A DNA stretch of 64,000 nt from Bdellovibrionales bacterium (GCA_965217115.1 OZ244239.1:512001-576000), one strand, 5' to 3'. Positions 28,745 through 39,838 are shown, counted from the stretch's first letter. Numbers and translations: made by a program. Notes: generated from the letters alone by a model not told the origin.

Positions 28745-30040
28745 TTATTTACGTCCCAATGTTCCAAATATTTTTTGGCTTCGAGCTAAAAAGAACAGCC
28801 CTGGAATAGCTAATAACGTTCCTAAAATATAAAAATGGAAATAGCCCACATGCTGGAAAGATTGTAAAACCAACGGTTGATTCCTAAAAAAGACAATCAC
28901 ATCTCCTGAAAAGCCAGCAAACATCGTCCGTCCCACTGAGGCTAAGCTCGCAAAGAGAGCATACTGAGTCGCTGTAAAACTCTTATTTGTAAGTAACCCC
29001 ATAAAGGCCACCAGAGCCGCTGTACCCATACCACTGGAAACATCTTCAAAAAACACGACTCCTGCAAAGTTCCACCTCGTTGGCGACAGTGCTAAAACTG
29101 CAAATAAAACTGTCGAAACAGCCTGCAAAATCCCCGAAACCCATAAAGCTCTATAGTGACCAAAGCGAAAGATCAGTCCACCGCCTAAAAACAAGCCCAA
29201 CAGTGTCGAAAAAAGTCCTAAGGTTGAAGCGATCTCACCGATATCTTTATTTGTAAAACCCACGTCAGAATAAAAAGGGCGGCTCATCGAACCTGCAAAA
29301 GAATCACCAAACTTATAAAAGAAAATAAACAGCAATATATAAAATGCATGGGAACGCTTAAAAAATTCCTTAAAGGGAACAAAAACACTTTCAGTCAAAG
29401 TCGTCAGTCTCGGTTGTTGATTTTCAGGTTCATCCGCCCATAATGTCGTGACTATACCCACCAACATAAAGCCAGCCATTAGCAAAAACATTTGATTAAA
29501 TGACCAATTCCAAGTTTCACTGTCTGTTATCCAAATACCAAATCCCGAAGCCACCCACATAGCCACACGATAACCATAAACCCCAAAAGAAGCCCCTATA
29601 CCCAGTTCATCCCTAGACAGAGCCTCATTACGATAAGCATCCACCGCCACATCTTGGGAGGCAGAAAAAAAACAAAGTAAAAATCCCATTAAAGCAATAT
29701 AACCCACTGAATCCTGAGGATTCCCAAAGCTTAACAATACAAACGACAACAGCAACAGTGCCTGAGTGATCAACAACCAACTCTTTCGACGACCCACCTT
29801 AAATGGGCTGAAACGATCAAATAGAAAAGCCCACAAAAAATTATATGAATAGGGAATCGCTATCCATGAGATATAACCAATGGTCGAAAGATCTACTCCA
29901 AACTTCTTTAGCCAGAGTTTGACACTTCCATAAACCACCATAATAGGTAAGCCACTTGAAAAGCCTAAGAGCAAGATAACCAACATTCTCTTCGTCTTTA
30001 AAAGACGCAACATTTCCATGAAACTAGGCTTCTGCGACAT
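28745..30040 (-). CDS. ampG: AmpG family muropeptide MFS permease
   Basis: LLGFSSGLP, GRRKSWLL.TQ, SASQDVAVDAYR, FTATQYAL. Confidence 0.9.
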   Translation of the reverse strand: MSQKPSFMEMLRLLKTKRMLVILLLGFSSGLPIMVVYGSVKLWLKKFGVDLSTIGYISWIAIPYSYNFLWAFLFDRFSPFKVGRRKSWLLITQALLLLSFVLLSFGNPQDSVGYIALMGFLLCFFSASQDVAVDAYRNEALSRDELGIGASFGVYGYRVAMWVASGFGIWITDSETWNWSFNQMFLLMAGFMLVGIVTTLWADEPENQQPRLTTLTESVFVPFKEFFKRSHAFYILLFIFFYKFGDSFAGSMSRPFYSDVGFTNKDIGEIASTLGLFSTLLGLFLGGGLIFRFGHYRALWVSGILQAVSTVLFAVLALSPTRWNFAGVVFFEDVSSGMGTAALVAFMGLLTNKSFTATQYALFASLASVGRTMFAGFSGDVIVFFRNQPLVLQSFQHVGYFHFYILGTLLAIPGLFFLARSQKIFGTLGRK

Positions 30041-30193
30041 AATATTCTCCCCTCAAATAAATATACCCCAAGAACAACCTTCTTACCTTAAAAAAAACAC
30101 GGCAAAGAGACTTGACGAGACAGCTCTACAAACTCTAGATTACCCACAAACCTTCGGTAAACTATTATTTACAAAGTCTCAGGAGTCAAAAAC

Positions 30194-30706
30194 ATGAATT
30201 TAACAAAGAAAATGCTCATTACTCTAACACTGATCCTCCCACTATCCTCATGGGCAAAAGTAGACCTTATCTACGACAGAAAAGGTGTTGCTATTGAAGG
30301 GTATGATGTTGTCTCCTACATTCAAGATAACAGAGCGCAAAAAGGTGACGGAAAAATTCAATCTACCTTTAAAGGCACCAAATACTATTTTTCCTCTCAA
30401 AACAACAAAAACAAGTTTGTAAAATCCCCTGAGAAATATCTTCCAGCTTACGGTGGATGGTGTGCCTGGGCCATGGCTGAATATGGCGATTTTGCTGAGA
30501 TCGATCCAGAATCATTTTTAGTCGTTACAACGACAAGTGGCCAAAAACAAACACTGCTCTTTTATAAGAGTTGGCGCAATAATACTCGCAAAAAATGGAC
30601 TCAAAAAATCAAAGGAAACACTGCCAAGACCACACTTAAAAAACAACTAGGCCTTATTAAAACCGCTAACAAAAACTGGGCTGCACATCTAATAAAAGCA
30701 GAGTAG
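30194..30706 (+). CDS. Secreted YHS-domain protein
   Basis: Signal peptide; AIEGYDVVSY, YYFSS..N...F...PEKYLPAYGGWCAWAM. Confidence 0.85.
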   Translation: MNLTKKMLITLTLILPLSSWAKVDLIYDRKGVAIEGYDVVSYIQDNRAQKGDGKIQSTFKGTKYYFSSQNNKNKFVKSPEKYLPAYGGWCAWAMAEYGDFAEIDPESFLVVTTTSGQKQTLLFYKSWRNNTRKKWTQKIKGNTAKTTLKKQLGLIKTANKNWAAHLIKAE

Positions 30707-30715
30707 CCTCACTGT

Positions 30716-31900
30716 ATGGAGTTTATTCAAGAATCTCAAAAACCTATCTATCTTGATTTACAAAGGGATCTGACAAAACTTATCAAGCAAGGTCACCCTT
30801 GGCTCTATCGTTCAGCGTTCAAGGATCTTCCTGAAACTCCTGCTGGCGCTATCGCCCTTATTAGATACAAAAACAAAGTCATTGCAACGGGCTACTACTC
30901 TCCCTCAAGTGCCCTTGCAGTTCGTGTGTGCACACAAGACGGGGTGCGTTTAGACGATAAATGGGCTCATCAACAATTAGAGCGAGCTTTAAAAAATCGT
31001 AAATCCTTTGAAGACTCCCAGACCAATGCCTTTCGTCTCATTAATGGTGAAGGAGATGGCCTCCCCGGTCTGACTTGTGACATTTATAACCAGCATGCTG
31101 TAGTACAATTAGACGGGCACGCTCCTGCTCATTTTTGGAATACAAAATCCATTGCTCAGTGGATAACTAAAAACCTCCCCATAATAAACGTCATTGAAAA
31201 AAATCGTGAGAGCCAGGATAAAAATCTCCCCCTCATCGGCACTCTTCCTGATAAGCCGATCTCCTTCACTGAACACGGTTTAAATTTCCAGGCTGACATT
31301 GTGAATGGTCAGAAAACAGGGTTTTTCTTAGATCAGAGGGAGAACAGACATCTTATTAAGCGGTTTTCAGAAGGGCGAAGTGTTCTGAATCTCTTCTCCT
31401 ACACGGGAGGCTTTTCGATTTATGCTGGTGCTGGAGGGGCTTCTGAAGTGACTTCCGTAGATATCGCCCGTCCTGCCACCTTAGAAGCTCAAGCCAATTG
31501 GCAACTCAATCAGCTCTCGGCAGAACATCATGCTCTGAGTGCCAATGTTTTCGATTTTCTTGACGAAAATAAAGGGCGGCAGACCTGGGATCTCGTTATT
31601 GTCGATCCCCCTTCTTTTGCCCCTTCGAATAAATCAACAGACAAGGCTCTACAAAGTTACAAAACGATTTTCACTAAAGCCATCAACGTCACCAGCGCAT
31701 CTGGCCTCATTGCTCTTAGCTCCTGCTCTAGTCATATCGATTTTCCTACATTCTTAGGCCTTTGCGAAAACGCTTTATCTACCGCCCACCGACGAGGCCA
31801 TGTCCTTTGCACACAAGGACAACCCCATGATCACCCTTTCCCCATTATTTTAAAAGAATACCGTTATCTCAAGTTTGTTCTTATCCAACTGACCAACTAA
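30716..31900 (+). CDS. Class I SAM-dependent rRNA methyltransferase (RlmI-like)
   Basis: GHPWLY PUA-like start, RLINGEGDGLPGL, GQKTGFFLDQRENR, LNLFSYTGGF, VDPPSF, SCS. Confidence 0.88.
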   Translation: MEFIQESQKPIYLDLQRDLTKLIKQGHPWLYRSAFKDLPETPAGAIALIRYKNKVIATGYYSPSSALAVRVCTQDGVRLDDKWAHQQLERALKNRKSFEDSQTNAFRLINGEGDGLPGLTCDIYNQHAVVQLDGHAPAHFWNTKSIAQWITKNLPIINVIEKNRESQDKNLPLIGTLPDKPISFTEHGLNFQADIVNGQKTGFFLDQRENRHLIKRFSEGRSVLNLFSYTGGFSIYAGAGGASEVTSVDIARPATLEAQANWQLNQLSAEHHALSANVFDFLDENKGRQTWDLVIVDPPSFAPSNKSTDKALQSYKTIFTKAINVTSASGLIALSSCSSHIDFPTFLGLCENALSTAHRRGHVLCTQGQPHDHPFPIILKEYRYLKFVLIQLTN

Positions 31901-31990
31901 ATTTGTCTCTTGAGCGGCGGAGAAAAAACTAGACCTTGGTATAGTTTCCGCCTCCCCTCTGGAAAATTTGATAAAGTTTAAAATCAATGA

Positions 31991-32887
31991 ATGTACCCTA
32001 TCAAAAGGAGCCTCGTCACAATAAGGGGGATTTTTGTGAGAGTTCTATTCCTGATTATAGCTCTCACCCAAATATCATGGGCCTCACCCCATGGTTTTCT
32101 CTACTACGGCGAAAAATTCTACCAAAATATCAAAGATCATCACAAAAATGAAAAATTAAAAAACTCTCTATTCCATATCTTAAATGAAACTCATATTGCG
32201 CAGCTCAATGAAAAGCCCGATCTCATCGTCCCTAATTGCCCTGAAAATGTGAAATGCTACAGACAAAAATCTATTCCATATCGAGCCGCTCGCAAAAAAC
32301 TCTTTGGTTATCTTCATTTAGAACAAAGCGGTGGAGAGTATTACGTTCTCGACGTTTATTGCCAGAAAATCTACGGCCAAACAGAATTTCCAGATGGGGA
32401 ATCTCCTGGGCCTGGTCGTATTCCCTCCCCAAAATTCATAAACACAGAACACACTTGGCCCCAAAGCCGTTTTTCTAAACATTTTCCCAAACATCTGCAA
32501 AAGGGCGATCTCCACGCTCTATTTCCAGTGAGCTCAAAATCTAATAATGTTCGTGGTAACATTCAGATGGGAGAACCTTCTATCATCACCAACCAAATAT
32601 GCGCCAATGCATCTAGAGGACATGATAACAAACTACCTAAAAGAACCCCTTACTTTGACCCCCCAGATTCACACAAAGGCAACGCAGCCCGAGCGCTTTT
32701 TTATTTTTCTGCAAGATACCAAATTCCCATTTCGGCTGAGGAAGAAAAAACCATAAAAAAATGGCACCTTCTAGATCCTGTGGATGAGTTTGAAAAATGG
32801 CGTCATCAGAAAATCTATGAAATACAAAAAAACCGCAACCCTTTCATTGATCACCCAGAACTTGTTCACTCGATAAAAGATTTTTAG
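31991..32887 (+). CDS. Secreted endonuclease I family nuclease (start possibly GTG 32036)
   Basis: NTEHTWPQS, DLHALFP, KGNAARALFYF, DPVD, NRNPFIDHP. Confidence 0.9.
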   Translation: MYPIKRSLVTIRGIFVRVLFLIIALTQISWASPHGFLYYGEKFYQNIKDHHKNEKLKNSLFHILNETHIAQLNEKPDLIVPNCPENVKCYRQKSIPYRAARKKLFGYLHLEQSGGEYYVLDVYCQKIYGQTEFPDGESPGPGRIPSPKFINTEHTWPQSRFSKHFPKHLQKGDLHALFPVSSKSNNVRGNIQMGEPSIITNQICANASRGHDNKLPKRTPYFDPPDSHKGNAARALFYFSARYQIPISAEEEKTIKKWHLLDPVDEFEKWRHQKIYEIQKNRNPFIDHPELVHSIKDF

Positions 32888-32911
32888 CCTGTGCCGCCGT
32901 TTGGCTTATCC

Positions 32912-33184
32912 CTACAATGATAATAAACCAGAAATTTTAGAAGCCTTCTGATAAATATCTATAATATCACCACTGGATACAAATATCTTTTCTAAAGTCA
33001 CGGCCACATAAGCTCCCTTGCTCGAAGGCCTCACACTCACCTCGGCACCGGGTACCAACAAGATAACTTCATTTTCACGATCACTAGGAATAATGAACTT
33101 AAAAGTGTACTTCAAAGGCCACTCTTCATTTTCTAAGAGCTTTTTTAAATTCTGTAGTTTGCCCTTCTCATCCGTAGATTCCAT
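32912..33184 (-). CDS. DUF493 family protein
   Basis: WP..Y.FKFI.P, R.SSKG.Y.AVT motifs. Confidence 0.8.
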   Translation of the reverse strand: MESTDEKGKLQNLKKLLENEEWPLKYTFKFIIPSDRENEVILLVPGAEVSVRPSSKGAYVAVTLEKIFVSSGDIIDIYQKASKISGLLSL

Positions 33185-33194
33185 TTTTATTTAC

Positions 33195-34259
33195 CTATTG
33201 CAGGATACCTATACTATTTAAGTCTTCCAAAGAGCGAGAGAGACGCTGGGAAAATATTTCCTCACCTGAGCGCAGCCACTTACGAGGGTCATAAAATTTC
33301 TTATTCGGCCTATCATCGCCATCAGGATTACCAATCTGAGATTGTAAATATCCCTGATTATCATTGTAATAGTCCCTCACCCCATCCCAAAAAGCCCACT
33401 GCAAGTCGGTGTCGATATTCATCTTCACAACCCCGTAACTAATGGCCTCACGGATTTCATCACGGGAAGAACCCGATCCTCCATGGAAAACAAAGTTCAC
33501 GGGATTCGACTCTTGTTTTAATTTATTTTTTATATAATCTTGAGAGTTTTTAAGAATAATAGGGGTCAAATGAACATTGCCCGGTTTATAAACTCCATGC
33601 ACATTACCAAAAGAAGCTGCAATGGTAAAATTATCACTCACTTTTTTTAACTGTTCATAGGAGAAACACACCTCATCTGGTTGAGTGTAAAGTTTAGAAT
33701 TATCTATATCCGTGTTGTCCACACCGTCTTCCTCTCCGCCCGTCACTCCTAACTCAATCTCAATACCCGTATTAATTTTTTCCATTCGCTTAAAATATTT
33801 TACACAAGTTGTTATGTTCTCTTCTAAAGTTTCTTCGGAGAGATCAAGCATATGGGAGCTAAAAAGTGGTTTACCATTTTTCTCAAAGAATTTTTCTCCC
33901 TCCTCAATCAGTCCATCAATCCAGGGAAGTAATTTTCTAGCCGCATGATCCGTGTGTAAAATCACCGGGACACCATACTTTTCAGCCATCAAATGCACAT
34001 GATAAGCCGCAGAAATCGCCCCAGCCACTGCCCCTCTCTCCCCTTCATTAGAAAGTCCCTTACCTGCAAAAAAATGAGCTCCGCCATTGGACAATTGGAT
34101 AATAATAGGAGATTTAAGCCTCTTAGCTGTCTCTAAAACTGAATTCACCGAATTTGTTCCAATCACATTCACAGCGGGTAACGCAAAACTCTTTTCCTTT
34201 GCATAGCTATAAAGCTCTAGCATCTGTGAACCATGTAAAACACCTGAATTGAGCTTCAT
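33195..34259 (-). CDS. fbaA: Fructose-bisphosphate aldolase class II
   Basis: FALPAVN, HTDH, SHMLDLS, ELGVTGGEEDG, FGNVHGVY, VFHGGSG, KMNIDTD; likely start MKLNSG at 34259. Confidence 0.96.
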   Translation of the reverse strand: MKLNSGVLHGSQMLELYSYAKEKSFALPAVNVIGTNSVNSVLETAKRLKSPIIIQLSNGGAHFFAGKGLSNEGERGAVAGAISAAYHVHLMAEKYGVPVILHTDHAARKLLPWIDGLIEEGEKFFEKNGKPLFSSHMLDLSEETLEENITTCVKYFKRMEKINTGIEIELGVTGGEEDGVDNTDIDNSKLYTQPDEVCFSYEQLKKVSDNFTIAASFGNVHGVYKPGNVHLTPIILKNSQDYIKNKLKQESNPVNFVFHGGSGSSRDEIREAISYGVVKMNIDTDLQWAFWDGVRDYYNDNQGYLQSQIGNPDGDDRPNKKFYDPRKWLRSGEEIFSQRLSRSLEDLNSIGILQ

Positions 34260-34342
34260 ACTCTTATCCCCATAAAAAAACCTCTTCTCCATTCCCTAAC
34301 AAACCACTAAATCCACAAAAAGCCATACTTAAGATACTCTGC

Positions 34343-35698
34343 TTGAAAAAAACAAGTATACGTTCGATTATAGAGCTTATGGGAAAGGTTATATTCTACA
34401 TTTACAGGCTCATCTACTTCCTTCTGCGCTTCACTCTGCCACCTCTGGCCTCTGTCTTCAATGAAAAAATCAGAATAGGAGTTCAATTACGTCAGAAATC
34501 TTGGACTTTCCCTGAAAATCTAAGAACAAGTCCCAATAATAGATTCTGGTTTCATTGCTCTTCTGGAGAGTTTGAGTATGCCAAACCTATTATAAGAACT
34601 CTCAAAAAAGAATATCCACAATCCACCATCATCGTCACTTATTTCTCTCCCTCCTACCGAGAGAATATCCAACAATCCATCGATGTCGATTACAGCTATC
34701 CTCTTCCATGGGATCAACCAAAACCCATTCAAGCTTTTTTAAAAAAGACCAACCCCTCGCGATTAATTATTATCAAAACAGACCTGTGGCCTGAACTCAT
34801 TTATCAAGTTCACCGACAGAAAATCCCTCTTTTTCTTGTCGCTGCTAACTTTTATCAACACACAAAAATAACTAACCGCATATTTCGTCCCTTGTACCGT
34901 TTTCTACTCTCTCATTTTAAACATATTTCCTGTATTAGCTCCGAGGATCAAAAAATCCTGCATAAAATATCCCCCCAAACGTCCTCTTCCTGTGATGGTG
35001 ACCCTCGCTATGAACAAGTGTTCCATCGTTTACAAACATCTTCTTTAATAAAGATCGCTCTTAAAAAAAACATCCAGAGAAGCAAAACTTTTATTATGGG
35101 CTCAACTTGGCCCCAAGATGATAAAGAGCTTTTTATCGCTATGGAAAAGTTACGCTCAAAGGATTCTGGGTTTTCTTTTATTCTTGTTCCCCATGAGTTA
35201 AATACAAATAAACTCCTTTATCTCTGCGACAAGCTCACCGAACTTAACTTCACTGTTCGCTTTTACTCTGAGACATCGGTTTGGCACCCCGGGGAAATCC
35301 TCCTTGTCGATCAAAGAGGACTTCTTGCACAATTATACACTTGGGCAGCATACGCCTTTGTTGGCGGATCTTTCAAAAAGTCTATTCACAGTGTCATGGA
35401 ACCACTGTCTGTAGGTTGTCTCACTTTTGTTGGCCCCTATAACTATAACAATCGTGAAGCACAACTCTTTAAAAAGTATCACTTAACAGCACCCTCAAGC
35501 CATCAAGACTCAGATCGTGAAAACTCTTCCATCTCTCCAGTTATCGAAGTCAAAGACGGCTCTGCCATCTATGAAAATATAATCACACTGCAAAAAAGCC
35601 CTGTCCCTGAAGAAGTGGACCATATCTCTGAAGAAATTATTTCTTTCGTTAAAAAAAATCTCGGTGCTTCGCAGAAGATACTTGAATCCATTGCTTAA
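34343..35698 (+). CDS. waaA: 3-deoxy-D-manno-octulosonic acid (Kdo) transferase
   Basis: WFHCSSGE, TYFSPS, LWPE, GSTW, VPHE, AFVGGS, HSVMEP. Confidence 0.85.
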   Translation: MKKTSIRSIIELMGKVIFYIYRLIYFLLRFTLPPLASVFNEKIRIGVQLRQKSWTFPENLRTSPNNRFWFHCSSGEFEYAKPIIRTLKKEYPQSTIIVTYFSPSYRENIQQSIDVDYSYPLPWDQPKPIQAFLKKTNPSRLIIIKTDLWPELIYQVHRQKIPLFLVAANFYQHTKITNRIFRPLYRFLLSHFKHISCISSEDQKILHKISPQTSSSCDGDPRYEQVFHRLQTSSLIKIALKKNIQRSKTFIMGSTWPQDDKELFIAMEKLRSKDSGFSFILVPHELNTNKLLYLCDKLTELNFTVRFYSETSVWHPGEILLVDQRGLLAQLYTWAAYAFVGGSFKKSIHSVMEPLSVGCLTFVGPYNYNNREAQLFKKYHLTAPSSHQDSDRENSSISPVIEVKDGSAIYENIITLQKSPVPEEVDHISEEIISFVKKNLGASQKILESIA

Positions 35699-35714
35699 AG
35701 GAGAGAGTTTACTA

Positions 35715-36386
35715 ATGAAAAGATATAAACACCGTCTTATTAATGCCATTCTAACTATCAGCTTTAGTCTCTTTAGCTATAACGTCCAAGCTGCCTACTA
35801 TGCTTGCCATAATGAAAAAAGAGATGGAACTATACTATTTTCTTGGGATAAATCAGAGTTGCGGGTAGAAAAAAACACTTTCCTCTATAAGTCTTTTAAC
35901 TCTCCATTATACAGTGAACAGCTCAATACAAAAACAAAAAGTGGCAGTTATAATATACGGAAATCCAAAAACATGATCACATTAACTTATGTTGGCTTAA
36001 CTGCAAAAGCCAAGGTTAAACATCCATCTGGACAATTAACACCCGACTCACCTAAAATACAAAATATTACAAATTTACAAAAAGCAGTTCGTTATCATGC
36101 TGTTTTTTTTTCTTTAACCAAATATACATTTGATCTAAAAAAGAAATCTTTAACTTTATCTCTCCAAGACCTCTATCCTCCAAAAGAGGTTACAAAACAA
36201 AAATTTAAACAAAACAGGGGGAAAATCAAAATTTCTCACACAGGGAAGGCGACGAAGAGAGAAATAGACACTGTGTTCCCTGATACTAAACATATAAACA
36301 CTTATTTATATCCCCATTGCGAAGAAGAAGGTGTTATAAAAAACTGGCTCCGTTATTTTTACAATATCTTTTCATATGTTTGGTAA
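35715..36386 (+). CDS. Hypothetical secreted protein
   Basis: ATG at 35715 after AAGGAGAG; signal peptide ending VQA. Confidence 0.6.
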   Translation: MKRYKHRLINAILTISFSLFSYNVQAAYYACHNEKRDGTILFSWDKSELRVEKNTFLYKSFNSPLYSEQLNTKTKSGSYNIRKSKNMITLTYVGLTAKAKVKHPSGQLTPDSPKIQNITNLQKAVRYHAVFFSLTKYTFDLKKKSLTLSLQDLYPPKEVTKQKFKQNRGKIKISHTGKATKREIDTVFPDTKHINTYLYPHCEEEGVIKNWLRYFYNIFSYVW

Positions 36387-36602
36387 ACAGGCTCCCATCG
36401 TTTTCCCACCGCTCAATTAAACTGTGGAAAGCGAAATCAAGTACGAACAACTTGTTCTTCTGTAAGTTTTTTCTTCATTTGAGGTTTCTCTGTGCTTTTT
36501 GACACAGATGGACTCAATGTGCAAGTTTCCCCGTTTTCGGAAGAACATCACTTAAGTAAACGAGTGTTTGAGTGCAAATCTAAAATATGGTACTCGTGTA
36601 TT

Positions 36603-37082
36603 GTGACAAAAGATAAAATAGCTCCTTCTAATAAATGGCATGTCCGTTTTCTCAAACTTGCCTTTGAAATTGCCTCATGGTCCAAGGACCGATCAACCAA
36701 AGTGGGGGCCGTTATTATCGGGCCCGACAAAGACCCCCGCTCTTTTGGTTACAACGGTTTTCCTCGTGATGTGAACGATAGTGTTGATGCTAGACACGAA
36801 CGTCCTCTCAAATACGCATGGACCGAACACGCAGAAAAAAATGCTCTTGCAAATTGCGCCCGCGTCGGAATACCTACAAAGAACTGTTCTATTTATATCA
36901 CCCATTTTCCCTGCTCAAATTGTTCACGCATGATCATTCAATCAGGAATTAAAGAGGTGGTTGTCGACTCAGCATCTATTAATAATGATTTCGGTCAACG
37001 CTGGGATGAAGACCTAAAAATCTCCAAAGAGATGCTCACCGAAGCAAACGTAGATATTCAATTTATTGATTTAAACCCATAG
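36603..37082 (+). CDS. dCMP deaminase family protein
   Basis: SKD.STKVGA, GYNGFP, HAE, PCSNC; start placed at GTG 36603 (uncertain). Confidence 0.88.
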   Translation: MTKDKIAPSNKWHVRFLKLAFEIASWSKDRSTKVGAVIIGPDKDPRSFGYNGFPRDVNDSVDARHERPLKYAWTEHAEKNALANCARVGIPTKNCSIYITHFPCSNCSRMIIQSGIKEVVVDSASINNDFGQRWDEDLKISKEMLTEANVDIQFIDLNP

Positions 37083-37098
37083 AACTGAGCCGTGCTTT

Positions 37099-37746
37099 TC
37101 AATCCTTAATCACTAACTTATTGGGCAGCTCATTTACATCGTCAGGTTTAATAGGGAAATATTCACCCAGAATTTCTCCGCACTTGTGAATTCCCTTGGT
37201 CAATCCCCTCACCATATCTCGATCCTTAATTCCACTTAAAATATCATTCATCACTCCACACCAAACATCAGAGCCCTGTATTTTCCTATCAATGGCATCA
37301 TCAGCCAACACCACCACCTGTCTTTCCAGTAGAGAGATAAAGAGTAAAATTCCTGTTCCGTCACGGGTTTGCGTGATGTTAGATTGATAGAATTCCAATT
37401 GAGCCCTCTCAAACACCTGTCTCTGTCGATCAGGCAAAGGCACCAAAACCCTCTGCAAATAGTTGCAACGACTGCCAAGAATGGCCGTTAAAACGGCTGC
37501 AAGAAACACAACCAACATTCCCTGCCAGAAAACAATCCCTGATAAAACAATGATCCAACCTAAAGCCATCACTCCCAAAAACAAAATCAATGGCACATGG
37601 CCCACCGTGCTCGAACTACGCACAATCACCGGAACAATCTCTCCGGCCGTTTGTAACTCAGCCTTAGCCACAGCTTTTTGGATATCTTCTATCTTCTGAA
37701 CATCTAAATAAGACTTTAACCAATAGGGTATCGCCATCATCACCAA
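37099..37746 (-). CDS. TPM-domain membrane protein
   Basis: AE..T.GEIV, T....GIL.FIS..ER....LAD, NELPN; lemA operon context. Confidence 0.85.
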   Translation of the reverse strand: MVMMAIPYWLKSYLDVQKIEDIQKAVAKAELQTAGEIVPVIVRSSSTVGHVPLILFLGVMALGWIIVLSGIVFWQGMLVVFLAAVLTAILGSRCNYLQRVLVPLPDRQRQVFERAQLEFYQSNITQTRDGTGILLFISLLERQVVVLADDAIDRKIQGSDVWCGVMNDILSGIKDRDMVRGLTKGIHKCGEILGEYFPIKPDDVNELPNKLVIKD

Positions 37747-38519
37747 CCTCCAGAGGCGCCACCGCCACTAAAACCGCCACCACCACCAGAGAAACCGCCA
37801 AAACCGCCGCCGCCACCACGTCTTCCACCACTCAACAGACTAATAAAAAGCAGTGTTCTAAAAGTAGGACTCACGATGGCCATCACGATAACTAGTAAAA
37901 ACAATATAATCTCAAAAAGGCCCATGGATTTTTTCTGTCGTGATTTTTTCCCATGGACCTGACCTTTTGCCGCTGTCCCAGAAAGCCCCTTCCAATTAGC
38001 ATCAGGATGGGCGTAACGTAAAATCTGAAAAACTCCAGCCATCACCCCGTTATCAAATTGCCCACGCTTAAAATGGGGCGTTATCACATCTCCAATCACT
38101 CGTTTTGAATAGGCATCTGTTAAGTTACCCTCAAGGCCCTCCCCTACTTCAATACGCATTTTACGCTCTTTTTTAGCGATCAATAATAAAACGCCATTGT
38201 CTTCTTTCTTTGATCCTAATTTCCATTTTTCCACCACACGCAGAGACAAAGACTCTATCGGTTCGTCCTCTAAACTAGGAACAACCAATACAACCAACTG
38301 GGTTCCCATCTGTTTTTTGACTTGATGTAAGAGACCTCTCAATCTCCGAACTGTCGGTTTTTGTAACAAACCCGCTTGGTCCATCACAGGAGCTGTTAGA
38401 CGGGGAATCGTCACTGACTTTGTTTCAGCCTCTCCAACTCCGCAAAAGGAGAGAATTGTAAAAAGAAAGAGGGCTCTTCTTAAAACCTCAGCGCTGTTTT
38501 GCCACCGCCATAAAAGCAT
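37740..38519 (-). CDS. TPM-domain protein (YgcG-like) with Gly-rich tail
   Basis: V.D.A..L, WKLG....DNGVLLL, RIEVG.GLEG.LTD, GGGGFSGGGASGGW. Confidence 0.9.
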   Translation of the reverse strand: MLLWRWQNSAEVLRRALFLFTILSFCGVGEAETKSVTIPRLTAPVMDQAGLLQKPTVRRLRGLLHQVKKQMGTQLVVLVVPSLEDEPIESLSLRVVEKWKLGSKKEDNGVLLLIAKKERKMRIEVGEGLEGNLTDAYSKRVIGDVITPHFKRGQFDNGVMAGVFQILRYAHPDANWKGLSGTAAKGQVHGKKSRQKKSMGLFEIILFLLVIVMAIVSPTFRTLLFISLLSGGRRGGGGGFGGFSGGGGGFSGGGASGGW

Positions 38520-38520
38520 C

Positions 38521-39108
38521 CTAAAATTTCACTTCAGGTGTTTGTTCCACGGCTTTCACATCAGCCACTGTCCATTGAGCCATTTTGCTATGACCATAGA
38601 CAATACTGTTAGTCCAGCTACTGGGAGGCACTGTTACGAGATCATTGAATTCTTTGATCGATTCAATCAAGCGTTGACGGGCCACAGTGATTCGATTCTC
38701 TGTCCCCTCCAACTGTGATTGCAGATCACGAAAATTAGCATCTGCCTTTAATTGTGGGTATCTCTCGGCCACCACCATTAATCGCCCCAACGCTTGGCTT
38801 AAACCACCTTGAGCTGCTTGAAACTGTTTAATCTGCTTTGCAGAACTTCGACTCGGGTCAATTGTTACTTGAGTGGCCTTAGCACGGGCATTGATCACTG
38901 CCTGTAAAGTCTCCTTCTCATGGTTGGCATAACCTTTCACCGTCTTTACTAAGTTAGGAATTAAATCTGCACGACGTTTATACTGATTCGTGACCTGAGC
39001 CTGTTTAGCATCCACTTCATTTTTCGCTCTTGGAATCGATTGAACTCCACAACCAGCAATAACCAAAGAAAACAGACAAATTACGACCTTTAAATATTTC
39101 ACAACCAC
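38521..39108 (-). CDS. lemA: LemA family protein
   Basis: QYKRRADLIPNLV.TVKGYA.HE, ERYPQLKA, LEGTENRI.VAR. Confidence 0.93.
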   Translation of the reverse strand: MVVKYLKVVICLFSLVIAGCGVQSIPRAKNEVDAKQAQVTNQYKRRADLIPNLVKTVKGYANHEKETLQAVINARAKATQVTIDPSRSSAKQIKQFQAAQGGLSQALGRLMVVAERYPQLKADANFRDLQSQLEGTENRITVARQRLIESIKEFNDLVTVPPSSWTNSIVYGHSKMAQWTVADVKAVEQTPEVKF

Positions 39109-39129
39109 TTCTTCACCCCTTAATTTAAA

Positions 39130-39624
39130 TTACAAATCTGATTTATTCTCCTTAATCCAATTCAATACATCATCATGATGGGTTTTGGTCTTCACTTTAT
39201 CAAAGACATGCTTTACTCGCCCGTCTTTACCAATAATAAAAGTGGTTCTCAATATACCCATAAATTCCTTACCCATGAATTTCTTACTTCCCCATGTCCC
39301 ATATTTCTCAGCAACTTTATGACCCTCGTCAGACAGCAAATCAAAATTAAGATCATATTTATTTGTAAATTTGGTTAATTTATCTGGCATATCAGGACTG
39401 ATTCCCAATACAACAGCTCCTTGACGAGTGTAATCTCCCTTCACATCACGCAATCCACAGGATTGGACCGTACATCCTGGAGTCAGAGCTCTAGGATAAA
39501 AGTACAACACAACGATCTTATCATCGCGATAATTTTTTAAAGAGATTTTCTCTTCATCTTGATTATTCAACGTAAATACTGGTGCAACATTACTAATTCT
39601 TATCAGTGCCATAACAAATCCCAT
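39130..39624 (-). CDS. bcp: Thioredoxin-dependent peroxiredoxin (BCP)
   Basis: LYFYP...TPGCTVQSC, GISPD, LLSD, RTTFII. Confidence 0.92.
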   Translation of the reverse strand: MGFVMALIRISNVAPVFTLNNQDEEKISLKNYRDDKIVVLYFYPRALTPGCTVQSCGLRDVKGDYTRQGAVVLGISPDMPDKLTKFTNKYDLNFDLLSDEGHKVAEKYGTWGSKKFMGKEFMGILRTTFIIGKDGRVKHVFDKVKTKTHHDDVLNWIKENKSDL

Positions 39625-39838
39625 GAAAATAGATACTTTTGCCCATGCATCATTCTATAATAATTCATACCCGTCAATTGGTAACTATTGTTTAGATACG
39701 GCACTAGAAAGGATCTCGCTAAAATCCTTGTTGTATGCAATGCGATATATTCAAGTTTTTTGATGGGATCCGTTTGATCTCTGTAAAAAAAGGTGGGTTA
39801 ATTACAGGCTGAACAGCAGGTAACACTAATATGGGGGA

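Noticed and set aside
36430..36480. Minus-strand MKKKLTEEQVVR resembling an IS3-family OrfA start
   Set aside because: Stops after 13 codons; no further transposase similarity or terminal repeats.
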